This document shows positions 26,026-35,764 of a DNA stretch of 64,000 nt, piece by piece. Positions within the stretch are counted from its first letter, which is position 1, and every line of letters starts with the position of its first letter. The stretch is from Candidatus Delongbacteria bacterium. GTDB taxonomy: Bacteria; CAIWAD01. The position numbers and the translations under genes are program-made. The DNA lies in the NCBI GenBank assembly GCA_963663545.1, contig OY760505.1, positions 1,664,001 through 1,728,000 on the forward strand, given 5' to 3'. The notes beneath the pieces were generated by a model. That model saw only the letters and a list, made by a program, of their open reading frames with translations. It was not told the DNA's origin and made no database searches.

Positions 26026-29000
26026 CTACATCCGCATTCCCCGCGCCCTCCCATAGAACTCCATTAGCATCGCCTGTGCCACAAGCTTCTGAATGGAGGG
26101 ATTGGACATGTAGGCGTTCACGATCTCGCTATTACGGCTCAGCCTGTCAATGAAAGCCTTGTCCAGCTTCGGGAAGAAAACTTCTCTGAACTGCTCGACG
26201 GTATTCGCTTTGGCTTGATCCACCAACTCGGCATCGGAAATCATGTCCTCGGTGATCTGATCAAACAGCACAAGGTCTTCATTCTTCCAATCCGTGCCCA
26301 GCTGCTCATTCACCTGTTCAATGATCTTTGACAGCGGCGACTTGGCATCCTCTGACACTTGTCCCGTCCCCGTCTCGCCGATCGGATCCACAGGACAAGT
26401 GTCGCCCATAGTCAGGGCAGCACTTCCTGCAAAGGTCAGTTCATTGCGGTAAGCCGACAATGCCAGCTCGTCCTCGAGGTGAATCATCCCGCCCGTGCTG
26501 CGATAAGGAAGTTTGGTCAGCAAGTAACGGCTGTAGGCGTAGAGCTTTTCAAGCTCAGCATCCTGCCAGCAGATGATCTGGCTCAGAAAGCCATAAAAAC
26601 GCAGGAAAGAACGCAGCAGTGATTTGAACTCCTCGCCTTCCTCGGTGTAGCGTTCCTCACCGCCGGAGGCACCGGGATCGCGATACTCCTGCTTGTAGCG
26701 CTCCACGGCGGGATCGATGAACTTGTTCAGCCTGCCGTGATCCTGCGCCTTCTGGGAGTAGTAAGGCTTGAAGTAGACCGCTGCGAAGTCGTCAATATCC
26801 TGAGCGCGGAGTACGGGGCTTTCCCGCAGTCGCTGCCCGAGGGTGTACACATGGTTGTGATCTGTAGGCTCGCTGAGCTCGGTCTGTTCGTAGTAGGGAC
26901 GGAAGCCCTCCTTGATATCCTCTGCTGTGTTGGCAAAGTCCAGCACAAAAGTATCTGTCTTTCCTGCCGCGCAGCGATTCAGGCGCGAAAGCGTCTGCAC
27001 AGCCCGCAAGCCTGCAAGGGGCTTATCCACGAACATCGTGTGCAGCAAGGGTTGATCGAAGCCCGTCTGGTATTTCTCGGCAACGATCAGAATGTGATAC
27101 TCCTGCGACGCGAACCTGTCGGGCAGCTCCTTCTCGGAGAAGCCGTTTATCGCCGGTTCGCTGTAGCTGGTGCCCACATGCTTGGGATCATCCACCGTGC
27201 CCGAGAAAGCCACCAGGGTTTTCAGATCGGTGTAACCCTGTTCGCCGATGTACTTGTCAAAAGCCTGTTTGTAGCGCACAGCGTGCAAGCGCGATCGGGT
27301 CACCACCATGGCCTTGGCTCTGCCGTTGATCTTCTTGCAGGTGTGATGGCGAAAGTGCTCGACCATGATCTCGGTCTTCTGCGCCACGCTGTAGGGATGG
27401 AGGCTCAGAAAGCGTGCAATGGATCGCTTGGCCTTCTTCTCGTCCACATCGGGATCATCATCAATAGCCTTGGCCAGCTTGTAGTAGGTCTTGTAGGTGG
27501 TGTAGTGCAGCAGCACATCCTTTATGAAACTTTCCTCAATCGCCTGCCGCATGGAATACAGGTGGAAAGGATACGGCTTGCCATCAGCTCCGGTGACACC
27601 AAAGAGCTCGAGGGTTTTAGCCTTTGGCGTTGCAGTGAAAGCATAGAAAGACAGGTTTGGCTGCGGGCCACGACTACGGGCTTCCGCCAGCACCAGGTCT
27701 TCCAGTTCCGGCTCTGCGGGAAGCTGCGCCTCTTCCTCCTCAGCCAAAGCCAGCAGATCTTCCTCGCTCTTGCCAGCACCGGCGCTTCCTCCGAGCACGC
27801 CGCGTAGATTGCCCGCTGATCGCCCACTCTGGCTGGAATGCGCCTCGTCAACGATCACGGCAAAACGCCGGTTCGAGAAATCCTGCACCTTATCCAGCAG
27901 GAAGGAAAACTTCTGCAGGGTAGTGATGATGATCTTGGTGCCCTTGTTTAGCTCTTCTGCCAGATCGGAGGAATACTTGTGCTCATCGATCTTGGCCACA
28001 ACGCCACGAGTGTGTTCCATCTGGTAGATGTTGTCCTGCAGCTGTCTGTCCAGGTTCCTTCTGTCGGACACCACAATTACCGAGTGGAAAAGCGGCTGGT
28101 CGTTCGCGTCATGCAGGTTGGCCAGCTGGTGCGCGGTCCACGAGATGGTGTTGGTTTTGCCTGAGCCCGCTGAGTGTTGCACCAGATAGTTCGCGCCAAC
28201 GCCCTTTTCCAGTGTGGCATCAAGCAAACTGCGCGTGGCTGTGAGCTGGTGGTAGCGCGGGAAGATTAGCCTTTCGGATCGCTTCGTTTTGCCCGTTTCG
28301 AGATCCTGCTCTTCCTCTACTTGCAGATGCATGTAGCGCTGGAGGATGTTCAGCCAGCTGTCACGCTGCCAGACTTCCTCCCAGAGGTAGCCCGTCTTGT
28401 AGCCCGTCGCGTGCTTGTGCTCGCCGGGGTTCCCCTTGCCGCCATCGCAGCCTTTGTTGAAGGGCAGAAAAAAGGTGTGCCTACCCGAAAGGCGCGTGGT
28501 CATGTAGACTTCGTCGGTGTCCACAGCGAAATGAACCAGCGCGCGCTTCTTGAACTGCAGCAGCTTCGTTCTGGCGGTGGGCTGACGGTCTTTGATGTAC
28601 TGCAGAATGGCGTTGATGGACTTCTGCCCCGTGAAGGCATTCTTCAACTCAACCGTAGCAATGGGCAGCCCGTTGAGGGAGAGCAACATGTCGATGGACT
28701 TCTTGCTGTCCAGGTCGAAGAACACCTGCCGCATCACCGTCAGACGATTCTGCTGGTACAGGGCCGCGGTTTCCGGATTCAAGGATGTGGGTGGGCGAAA
28801 GTACGCCAGACGTAGATGCTGCCCCCGATCCTTCACGCCATTGCGTATCACATCCAGCAGCCCGCGTCTGTCGCATTCGGCGGCGATGCGTGATACAAGC
28901 GTCTTGTTCAGGTCGGCCCCGTACAACACGGCAAGCTGCGCCAATTCATCCGGCTGCGTGGCCTGCAGAAAAGCGATCAATGTCTGCGGATCGAGGGCAA

Positions 29001-29106
29001 GCTCGGCATCGAACTGCCCGTGGTCTGCCCTCTCGTAGCCGGAATGCTCGACGAGCCATTGTTCAATGGCGGCTTCGAAGGTGCTCTCGCTGGTCGCTGT
29101 GTTCAT
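26026..29106 (-). CDS. hsdR: Type I restriction endonuclease R subunit
   Basis: DMLLSLNGLPIATVELKN nuclease motif, QHSAGSGKT, VDEAH, FTATP, QTGFDQP, QTLSRLNR. Confidence 0.97.
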   Translation of the reverse strand: MNTATSESTFEAAIEQWLVEHSGYERADHGQFDAELALDPQTLIAFLQATQPDELAQLAVLYGADLNKTLVSRIAAECDRRGLLDVIRNGVKDRGQHLRLAYFRPPTSLNPETAALYQQNRLTVMRQVFFDLDSKKSIDMLLSLNGLPIATVELKNAFTGQKSINAILQYIKDRQPTARTKLLQFKKRALVHFAVDTDEVYMTTRLSGRHTFFLPFNKGCDGGKGNPGEHKHATGYKTGYLWEEVWQRDSWLNILQRYMHLQVEEEQDLETGKTKRSERLIFPRYHQLTATRSLLDATLEKGVGANYLVQHSAGSGKTNTISWTAHQLANLHDANDQPLFHSVIVVSDRRNLDRQLQDNIYQMEHTRGVVAKIDEHKYSSDLAEELNKGTKIIITTLQKFSFLLDKVQDFSNRRFAVIVDEAHSSQSGRSAGNLRGVLGGSAGAGKSEEDLLALAEEEEAQLPAEPELEDLVLAEARSRGPQPNLSFYAFTATPKAKTLELFGVTGADGKPYPFHLYSMRQAIEESFIKDVLLHYTTYKTYYKLAKAIDDDPDVDEKKAKRSIARFLSLHPYSVAQKTEIMVEHFRHHTCKKINGRAKAMVVTRSRLHAVRYKQAFDKYIGEQGYTDLKTLVAFSGTVDDPKHVGTSYSEPAINGFSEKELPDRFASQEYHILIVAEKYQTGFDQPLLHTMFVDKPLAGLRAVQTLSRLNRCAAGKTDTFVLDFANTAEDIKEGFRPYYEQTELSEPTDHNHVYTLGQRLRESPVLRAQDIDDFAAVYFKPYYSQKAQDHGRLNKFIDPAVERYKQEYRDPGASGGEERYTEEGEEFKSLLRSFLRFYGFLSQIICWQDAELEKLYAYSRYLLTKLPYRSTGGMIHLEDELALSAYRNELTFAGSAALTMGDTCPVDPIGETGTGQVSEDAKSPLSKIIEQVNEQLGTDWKNEDLVLFDQITEDMISDAELVDQAKANTVEQFREVFFPKLDKAFIDRLSRNSEIVNAYMSNPSIQKLVAQAMLMEFYGRARGMRM

Positions 29107-29266
29107 CTCTTGCCCAGTCTATCTGTGAAGTTCTCGTGCGCCTGTGAATACACAGAATTTCAGTCTGCGAGGAAAGGGGAACCTCTTGGTGGAAAAAGTG
29201 CTTGAACACCGATTCCGACATTGGTAAATTTACAGGTATTGTAATTCCATTACTGGTGGTCGCCAA

Positions 29267-29563
29267 ATGGAAATCCTTTTCGAGGATCCAAAACTGGAAA
29301 GAATCTACATGGATCCGACCTACACGGGTCGGTATCCTGACCACATTGTCTCGCTGATACGCAGACGAATTCAGGCGATCAGGATGGCACCAGATGAGCG
29401 TGTTCTGCGAGCAGCAAAGTCCCTCCATCTTGAAAAACTGAAAGGAGAGCGGAAACACCAACACTCATTGCGATTGAACAAGCAATGGAGACTGATCATC
29501 GAGTTTCGCAAATCAGAAAGCGGGAAGATCGTAGCGATCATTTCTGTTGAGGACTATCACTAG
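29267..29563 (+). CDS. higB: HigB-like RelE/ParE toxin
   Basis: LHLEKLKGERKHQHSLRLNKQWRLI...EDYH. Confidence 0.88.
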   Translation: MEILFEDPKLERIYMDPTYTGRYPDHIVSLIRRRIQAIRMAPDERVLRAAKSLHLEKLKGERKHQHSLRLNKQWRLIIEFRKSESGKIVAIISVEDYH

Positions 29564-29643
29564 ATGCTGACTTGCGAATGGTGATACAAGGGATGCAGAT
29601 GCCATTCATCCTGCAGCTCTTGGTGATACAACTGAGGCGGATC

Positions 29644-30768
29644 ATGGAACAGAGAATACCAGCAGAAGTCTTTCCTCCAGGTGATTTCCTGCGGGAAGAG
29701 CTTGAAGCGCGTGAGCTATCACAGGCTGATTTGGCAGAGATCATTGGAAAGTCCCCACGACTTGTTAATGAGATTATTGCCGCAAAGCGGAGTATCACGC
29801 CGGAAACGGCTACTCTTCTAGAAAGCGCGCTGGGACTTTCGGCTCAGTTCTGGTTGAATCTGGAAGCGCACTATCAGCTATTCAAAGTCAAGGTCGACGG
29901 CGAAGAAGTGCGCAAGCGCGCTGAGCTCTACGAGACCTATCCCGTCACGGAGCTTGTGCGGCGTGGATGGGTTGAGCCCTCTGCGAGCATCGAAGTCTTG
30001 AAAGCTCGCATCTTGAGCTTCTACCATCAGGAGGAGCTCGCCACACCCTGCTTCCACCCAATCGCTGCTCGCAAAGCCTCCACGGTAGCACCGGATGCAC
30101 CCCACTCGCGGCTGCTGACAGCCTGGCTCTTTCGTTTACGACAGATCGCCGAGCCCGTTAAAGTCAAGCCCTTTGATCTGTCGGCAATGCCAAGGCTGAT
30201 CGAGGAGCTACAATCCAGAATGCATGAGCCCACTGCGGTGGCTGACATTCCTGCTTTGCTCGCCGAGTACGGCATTCGCATTGTGTTCCTGGAGCCTTTC
30301 AAGGGAATGAAAGTGGACGGCGTCTGCACCTGGCTTGGCGAAAACGAGCCCTTGATTGGAATGAGCCTGCGCTATAATCGCATTGACAATTTCTGGTTTG
30401 TGCTGCTGCACGAGTTAGGGCACGTGCGCTATGGCGACGCCAAGACAAAGGTGATTGTGGACGAAGACCTAGGTGCTACACGCACGGAAACAAGCCAATG
30501 CGAATCGCGCGCCGACAGCTATGCGCAAAGAGCGATCATCCCCAAAGGCGTGGAAGCCGACTTCGCCGCCCTTGCCACTGCGCGCATTTCCGAAGGCCGG
30601 CTGATGCAGTTTGCTGCCGAGCACGCCTTGCATCCTGGCCTTGTGGTGGGCCAGCTGCACGGCAGAAAGGTGCTGCAGTACTCGCACTTCCGAAAGCATC
30701 TGGAACATGTGCGCGAGCACTTGGCGGAGTGTGCGTGTCTGGAGGGCTGGGGGAAGCGGTTGAACTGA
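29644..30768 (+). CDS. higA: HigA-like HTH antitoxin fused to an ImmA/IrrE-type metallopeptidase domain
   Basis: PPGDFLREEL..SQADLA..FWLNL; RIDNFWFVLLHELGH (HExxH). Confidence 0.88.
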   Translation: MEQRIPAEVFPPGDFLREELEARELSQADLAEIIGKSPRLVNEIIAAKRSITPETATLLESALGLSAQFWLNLEAHYQLFKVKVDGEEVRKRAELYETYPVTELVRRGWVEPSASIEVLKARILSFYHQEELATPCFHPIAARKASTVAPDAPHSRLLTAWLFRLRQIAEPVKVKPFDLSAMPRLIEELQSRMHEPTAVADIPALLAEYGIRIVFLEPFKGMKVDGVCTWLGENEPLIGMSLRYNRIDNFWFVLLHELGHVRYGDAKTKVIVDEDLGATRTETSQCESRADSYAQRAIIPKGVEADFAALATARISEGRLMQFAAEHALHPGLVVGQLHGRKVLQYSHFRKHLEHVREHLAECACLEGWGKRLN

Positions 30769-30774
30769 GGCCCT

Positions 30775-31233
30775 CTACTTGCTGCGCAGAAACAGGGGAA
30801 TAGCGACAAGAAGGCCGGCGAGGAGCAAGCCTTTTCGGATTTCCTTCCACTGGAACCTCTTGGCCAATCGTTCAAACTCAACACTGACTTCTTTGTCGGT
30901 CTTCCCGAATAGATTCAGGGCTTGATACTCACTTACCCATCCGGATAACTCGCCTGGCTCCATATCCCATACGATAGGAATCAGGTCTTTGCCGTCATGG
31001 ACTGCAGCACCAACCTCCTGTTGAACATAGGCCGACTGGTTGGAGCGCTTGCTTGCAAGAAGCAAGACACAGTCTGCTTCATCCAATGCTGTGCGGATTT
31101 CTTTGGACCACTTATCACCTGACTTGAGTGACCTCTCGGCGAAGAAGACATCCAAGTCGCGCCGCTTAAGCTCATCATAAAGTCGCTGCGCAATCTGCTC
31201 ATCTGCTTTGCAGTAACTAATGAAGATACTCAC
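30775..31233 (-). CDS. TIR domain protein with C-terminal hydrophobic helix
   Basis: IFISY...SAYVQQEVGAA...LIPI; tail GLLLAGLLVAIPLFL; probable GTG start at 31233. Confidence 0.85.
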   Translation of the reverse strand: MSIFISYCKADEQIAQRLYDELKRRDLDVFFAERSLKSGDKWSKEIRTALDEADCVLLLASKRSNQSAYVQQEVGAAVHDGKDLIPIVWDMEPGELSGWVSEYQALNLFGKTDKEVSVEFERLAKRFQWKEIRKGLLLAGLLVAIPLFLRSK

Positions 31234-31284
31234 AAACTCCCTCGCTCCTGCTTGCATCCAGCCATTAACCTTCAACCAAGGACG

Positions 31285-31680
31285 TCATGCTTGATCAACG
31301 GCTGCTTTGATAGCATCAAAAGTGAAGGACATGACCCATTCAGCACCTACCCCGATGATTGCGGCAGGTGAAGTATTTGTGCTCTTGATCTTAACCGCAA
31401 TTATATTCTTGCCTAGTTCGACAGCCTTCTCAATTTCCCATGCAACCCACTCGCTTTCATGTGTTTCCTCCCCGATGAGGCAAAGGAAGTAAGGGCACGC
31501 ATTGATGCGCGCGGAGATAACGCGCTTTATAGCCGAAGCGTCTGTGCTATCTACAGCGACAGTGACTGACCCATCATAGAAGTTGAAATCGAAAAGATCG
31601 TTGGCATCCCAAGCAACCAGTAAGTTCTTGTGTTTCTTGTCATTCTCGTAATCGTAACTGATGAAAATCTTCTTAGCCAT
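31285..31680 (-). CDS. TIR-like protein (DUF1863/MTH538, ThsB-like)
   Basis: KIFISY..D...CLIGEETHESEWVAWEIEKA..GKNIIAV. Confidence 0.88.
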   Translation of the reverse strand: MAKKIFISYDYENDKKHKNLLVAWDANDLFDFNFYDGSVTVAVDSTDASAIKRVISARINACPYFLCLIGEETHESEWVAWEIEKAVELGKNIIAVKIKSTNTSPAAIIGVGAEWVMSFTFDAIKAAVDQA

Positions 31681-32113
31681 TGTGCTCCTCCGTTGGCTTC
31701 ATCATGTACTGCGCCCAATTCGTATTCTCTTTCGAAACGAGCGTCTCGACCCGCTGAACGAGAAATGCAAATGCGCCTGCCTCGTCACCGTTATAGGGCT
31801 CCGTTTTGGTCAGAAACATGTACCTCTCTTTCCTCAGGGATTCACATGTCGTCCGATACTCGATCCAGTTCTCCTGGAACTGGCTTAGGCCAAGTGTTGC
31901 CGTAATAACTGCGATACAAACACCGAACATGCCAACGGCAACTTGAATCCAGCCAATACTATCCGCATAGCCAGCAAGAAAAGGAATCATCGCGGCCAGG
32001 CAAAACTCAGCGATTCGAAGTCGCTTGTACCATCGCTGATTAGCTTGGCTCTTTTTGTCATACCAGTTTATCTGGTCATCAAGCCTCTCCACCAGATACT
32101 CTTCAGCATTCAT
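31673..32113 (-). CDS. SLATT-family (DUF4231) two-TM protein
   Basis: YLVERLDDQINWYDKKS, two TM helices, ENWIEYRTTCESLRKE. Confidence 0.88.
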   Translation of the reverse strand: MNAEEYLVERLDDQINWYDKKSQANQRWYKRLRIAEFCLAAMIPFLAGYADSIGWIQVAVGMFGVCIAVITATLGLSQFQENWIEYRTTCESLRKERYMFLTKTEPYNGDEAGAFAFLVQRVETLVSKENTNWAQYMMKPTEEHNG

Positions 32114-32162
32114 GTGCTCCTCCGCTCGGGTTTACACGCGAAAGGGAAAGCTCTGCACCCCT

Positions 32163-33125
32163 CTACACTTCCACATCCATATTAGCTGTATCCGGAAACG
32201 CGTTCTGCAGGTTCACAATGATCTGCTTACGACACCAGGCATCGTCGTCGCGTGACCAAACAACTGTGTTGCAGTGATTTGTGTCGAAGTGGGGCTTCCC
32301 CTTTTCATCGTCCCAGACGTCCTTCCTGCAGAAGTACAGCACAGGCCTACCCAGCCCCTCAGCGAACCCCGCCTCCCAATAGGCACCCCTGTTATGCGTG
32401 CTCAGATCGACAAACAGAATTCTGGCCCGACGAATAGACACGCGCAAATGGTTGTCAATCACGCCGGGCTTTGACAGCTCATCAAGCCTTCTAAGCTCAA
32501 AGCCAGCCTCCTTGGCAGCGGGCTTCCAAACATTCTCAACAGCGTCATCCAATTCAGCATTGCCAAACTGCATGGCCATGAAAACCAGATTAGATCCTGG
32601 ATTGCTACGGAGCAGCTCAGCGCAGTGCTGCCAACCTGCTGGTGTTAAACGAAATGCCGTGTGATCAGGAAAAACTGCAGTGGCCGTGATGTAGCCAAGT
32701 TGTCTGAAGTGCTCAACCAAATACTCGACTGATGCATGGTCCACCAAACCACAACGCCATAAAATCTCTGGCTCGTGGACTCTGACGTACTGGCTCACAT
32801 GCTTCGCCTTCTGGTGGAAGAGAAGAATGAAGTTGTCGATTTGCTCTTCGGGCGAAGGAAGGCTGATCTTCTCGGCGTACTCATCGTAGTATTCCCGATC
32901 AAGCACTGCGTCCCTATCTGTTCTGTGCCGGAGATGGTAGCTCCATACCGCAATCCGATAAGCACGCTCCTGCGCATCTTCAGGGAAAAGCTGTGACAAA
33001 GCTGGGATCGTTGATACAAATCTTCCGCAACGTGGGCAGCCGATCTCTAGAGCTTCGCCATAGTTGCTTTCCCTATGCCAGCATTCACCCTCGCAAACCG
33101 GGCACTGTTCAAGCTTATCCCACAT
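32163..33125 (-). CDS. Zn-ribbon + wHTH + nucleoside 2-deoxyribosyltransferase-like protein
   Basis: CPVC..CPRCG; RLTPAGW; VFMAMQF...DLSTHNRGAYWEAGFAEGLGRPV...HFDTNH. Confidence 0.8.
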   Translation of the reverse strand: MWDKLEQCPVCEGECWHRESNYGEALEIGCPRCGRFVSTIPALSQLFPEDAQERAYRIAVWSYHLRHRTDRDAVLDREYYDEYAEKISLPSPEEQIDNFILLFHQKAKHVSQYVRVHEPEILWRCGLVDHASVEYLVEHFRQLGYITATAVFPDHTAFRLTPAGWQHCAELLRSNPGSNLVFMAMQFGNAELDDAVENVWKPAAKEAGFELRRLDELSKPGVIDNHLRVSIRRARILFVDLSTHNRGAYWEAGFAEGLGRPVLYFCRKDVWDDEKGKPHFDTNHCNTVVWSRDDDAWCRKQIIVNLQNAFPDTANMDVEV

Positions 33126-33621
33126 GGCTAACCCTCTGATGGTGTAAAATCAACTGCTTATGAAAGGCAAAGATACAGGTTGTACCACTGGCAGAGCAAG
33201 AGAAACACACCATCGTCTCAGGATGGCTGTCCCGCGCTTGTGACGTCGATCTTGCCGGTGACGGCTGCCGAAATCAAGGCCCCCTTCCGTTCAGCAAGCA
33301 GTCCGACCTGTGCTCTAAGCAGCTTCAGAAGGTTGTCAATCCGGTTCTCTGCTGCAGTAAGATGCTCGACTATTGCTTGTTGTAGAGAAGCACTTGGTGT
33401 AAAAGCAATTCTCTCGGCGTGGACATCGTTCCTGTCTACTCCAGGAACGGCTGATTTCTGCGAATGAAGTAAAAACAAGTGCTTTGCTGAGATCAGCATA
33501 TACTTTAAATACCGATAGTTATCAGTCGCTGCGACAGTGCTGTATAGCGTGGTATTCAGAAGTGGACCCCATTCGCTGGACAGTTTGGCGGCGTAGTTAA
33601 GGTGGACTCCCTGTGCATGGC

Positions 33622-34476
33622 TCATGCCGCCTTTTCTTCCGGCTCTTGAAGGTACGTTTCAAAAGGCGTTCTTCCGCCCTCGAGTGAAGAGTGCGGACGG
33701 TCGTGGTTGTAGTAGCGCATCCAATCGTCGATCAGCCTTCTGGCCCCCCCTCCCGTCTCCAGCTCGTGCAAGTAAATGCACTCGTACTTCAGCGAGCGCC
33801 AGAGTCGCTCAATGAAGCGGTTGTCCATCCAGCGGCCCCTGCCATCCATCGAAATGCGAATTCCTTCCTGCTTCAGCACTCCTGTGAAGTCCAGACTGGT
33901 GAATTGGCTACCCTGGTCCGTGTTGAAGACCTCCGGTCGTCCATACCTCCGTATTGCCTCTTCCAGCGCTTCCACGCAGAAGTGGCTGTCCATTGTGTTA
34001 CTGAGGCGCCAGGACAGTACTGCGCGTGTTGCCCAGTCCATGATGGCCACCAAGTACAGGAAGCCACGGCGCATCGGGATGTAGGTGATGTCCGCGCACC
34101 AGACCTGGTTCGGACGATCAATCACCATGTGTCTGAGCAGATAAGGGTAGATCTTGTGTTGCGGGTGTGGCTCGCTGGTCTTTGGCGCGCAGTAGATCGC
34201 TGCCATGCCCATCTTGCGCATCAAGCGTTGCACGCGCTTTCGTCCCACGCAGTAGCCTTGGCGACGCAGGTAGCGCGCCATCTGTCTGGATCCCAGGAAG
34301 GGGTGCTGCATGAATTCTTCGTCGATCAAGCGCATCAGCTTCAGGTTGAGCGGCGATTCGCCCTTGCCCGTGTAGTAGAAGGACGAGCGGGCGATGGACA
34401 CCAACTGACACTGCCTGTGGATGCTGAGCCTGGGGTGATTGGGATCCACCATCTCGACTCTCCGACCGTGGCTCAT
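33622..34476 (-). CDS. IS3 transposase OrfB (DDE)
   Basis: WCADITY, NTDQGSQF, DNRFIERLWRSLKYE. Confidence 0.95.
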   Translation of the reverse strand: MSHGRRVEMVDPNHPRLSIHRQCQLVSIARSSFYYTGKGESPLNLKLMRLIDEEFMQHPFLGSRQMARYLRRQGYCVGRKRVQRLMRKMGMAAIYCAPKTSEPHPQHKIYPYLLRHMVIDRPNQVWCADITYIPMRRGFLYLVAIMDWATRAVLSWRLSNTMDSHFCVEALEEAIRRYGRPEVFNTDQGSQFTSLDFTGVLKQEGIRISMDGRGRWMDNRFIERLWRSLKYECIYLHELETGGGARRLIDDWMRYYNHDRPHSSLEGGRTPFETYLQEPEEKAA

Positions 34477-34754
34477 CGACCGAAGGCTTTGGCTAAAAAA
34501 TCCCGTTCCATGGTCAGCTGGCCGACCTTGGCCTGCAGATCCTTGATTTCGGCTTCACGACCATCTGTAGCGAGCTCGCTTTTCTTGGCGAAGAGGGCAG
34601 GCAGATCCTCCTGCACCTTGCGTTTCCATTGGGCGATCATGTTGGGGTGCAGGTCGTGTTTTGCAGCCAGCTCAGCCAGCGTGTAGGCCCCGGACAGCGC
34701 TTCCAACGCAACACGGGCTTTGAATTCGGCAGGGAAAGTACGTCGTTTCTTCAT
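34473..34754 (-). CDS. IS3 transposase OrfA
   Basis: RRTFPAEFKARVALEA HTH; ATGA overlap with orfB. Confidence 0.92.
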   Translation of the reverse strand: MKKRRTFPAEFKARVALEALSGAYTLAELAAKHDLHPNMIAQWKRKVQEDLPALFAKKSELATDGREAEIKDLQAKVGQLTMERDFLAKAFGR

Positions 34755-35764
34755 GGCTCCAGTCCTCATGTCGATAGGATGGGAGACACCTTAACATACT
34801 GTCCGAAAAAGCGGCCCCACTTCTTTCAGAGGCCAGTAGTCCTCTTCAATGAGGTAAAATTCACCGATGGTTCCGTACCTACCTGTTACAATTCCAGGGC
34901 CTAGCACGACAGGCTTCGCGACCTTGTCAATAATTCCCGCTGAGGAGACAAGAGGAACGCTTCCGTCCTTACGCAATTGTGTCGGCAAATCATGACCACG
35001 CTGAAATGAGATGACCCACTTCAGCTTCTTCACCTCCCAACCCTCCGGCACCTCCCCTAGCCACGGCACACCGCTATCCTTCATCTTGGCGTTCGGATCC
35101 AGGCCCTTGGTGACGGCGTGGGAGATCACCGCCTGCCGCTTTTCTTCCAGCAGCTTGATCAGCTCCTCCTGCTTGGCAATCAGGGTGTCGATCTTGGCGG
35201 TTTCGCGATCGAGGAAGTCGGCGATGGCTTGCTGCTCGGTCTGGCTTGGCAACGGCACAAGGAAGTTCTTAATCGGGTATACACCTAACCCATAGCGAGT
35301 AAGCCCATTAGCCCGAGTTGAGAACTCGCTTCGTGCATATCTGGAATCCAACAGATAGCGCAGGAAAGAACCCAAGAATCCATTGGTGGGCCGTAACAAG
35401 GCAAGATGATAACCACAGAGCACGCCGGGAAGATCATCGGGAACATGAGCTGGAACAGCAATGTCATTTCGATCTTCCGAGTCCTTGGTGATTAGCACAT
35501 CTCCTTTGCGCAGTTGGAATCTTTCTATCTGGTCAGTACTTGCTGTTGCGCCCATGAAATCAACAGCATTTGTTATATCGTTGTTATAGTAGACATCTGT
35601 GTAGTTGCACAAACGAACGCGAGTCTGTCCATCAACCGACAGCTTGTCAACATTGCTAGGTGTAACTGCTGCAATTGACTTCAGCCTGACGAAGTCCCAA
35701 CTCGCCGGGATAGCATCCAGACACGGTTGTGACACCATAGTCATCTCGCTCTGTGATCGTACTC

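Larger units (their letters stand above)
33558..34824 (-). mobile_element. IS3-family insertion sequence
   Basis: IRs beginning AGAAGTGG..GGACAGT at both ends; 3-bp TSD TTC at 33555-33557 and 34825-34827; orfA/orfB pair. Confidence 0.93.

Noticed and set aside
30775..32113. Canonical Thoeris type I or II
   Set aside because: No SIR2-SLOG or TM-Macro ThsA gene nearby; only TIR and SLATT genes
33691..34686. 331-aa plus-strand ORF inside the IS3 element
   Set aside because: Antisense to orfA/orfB, a common artefact in IS3 elements
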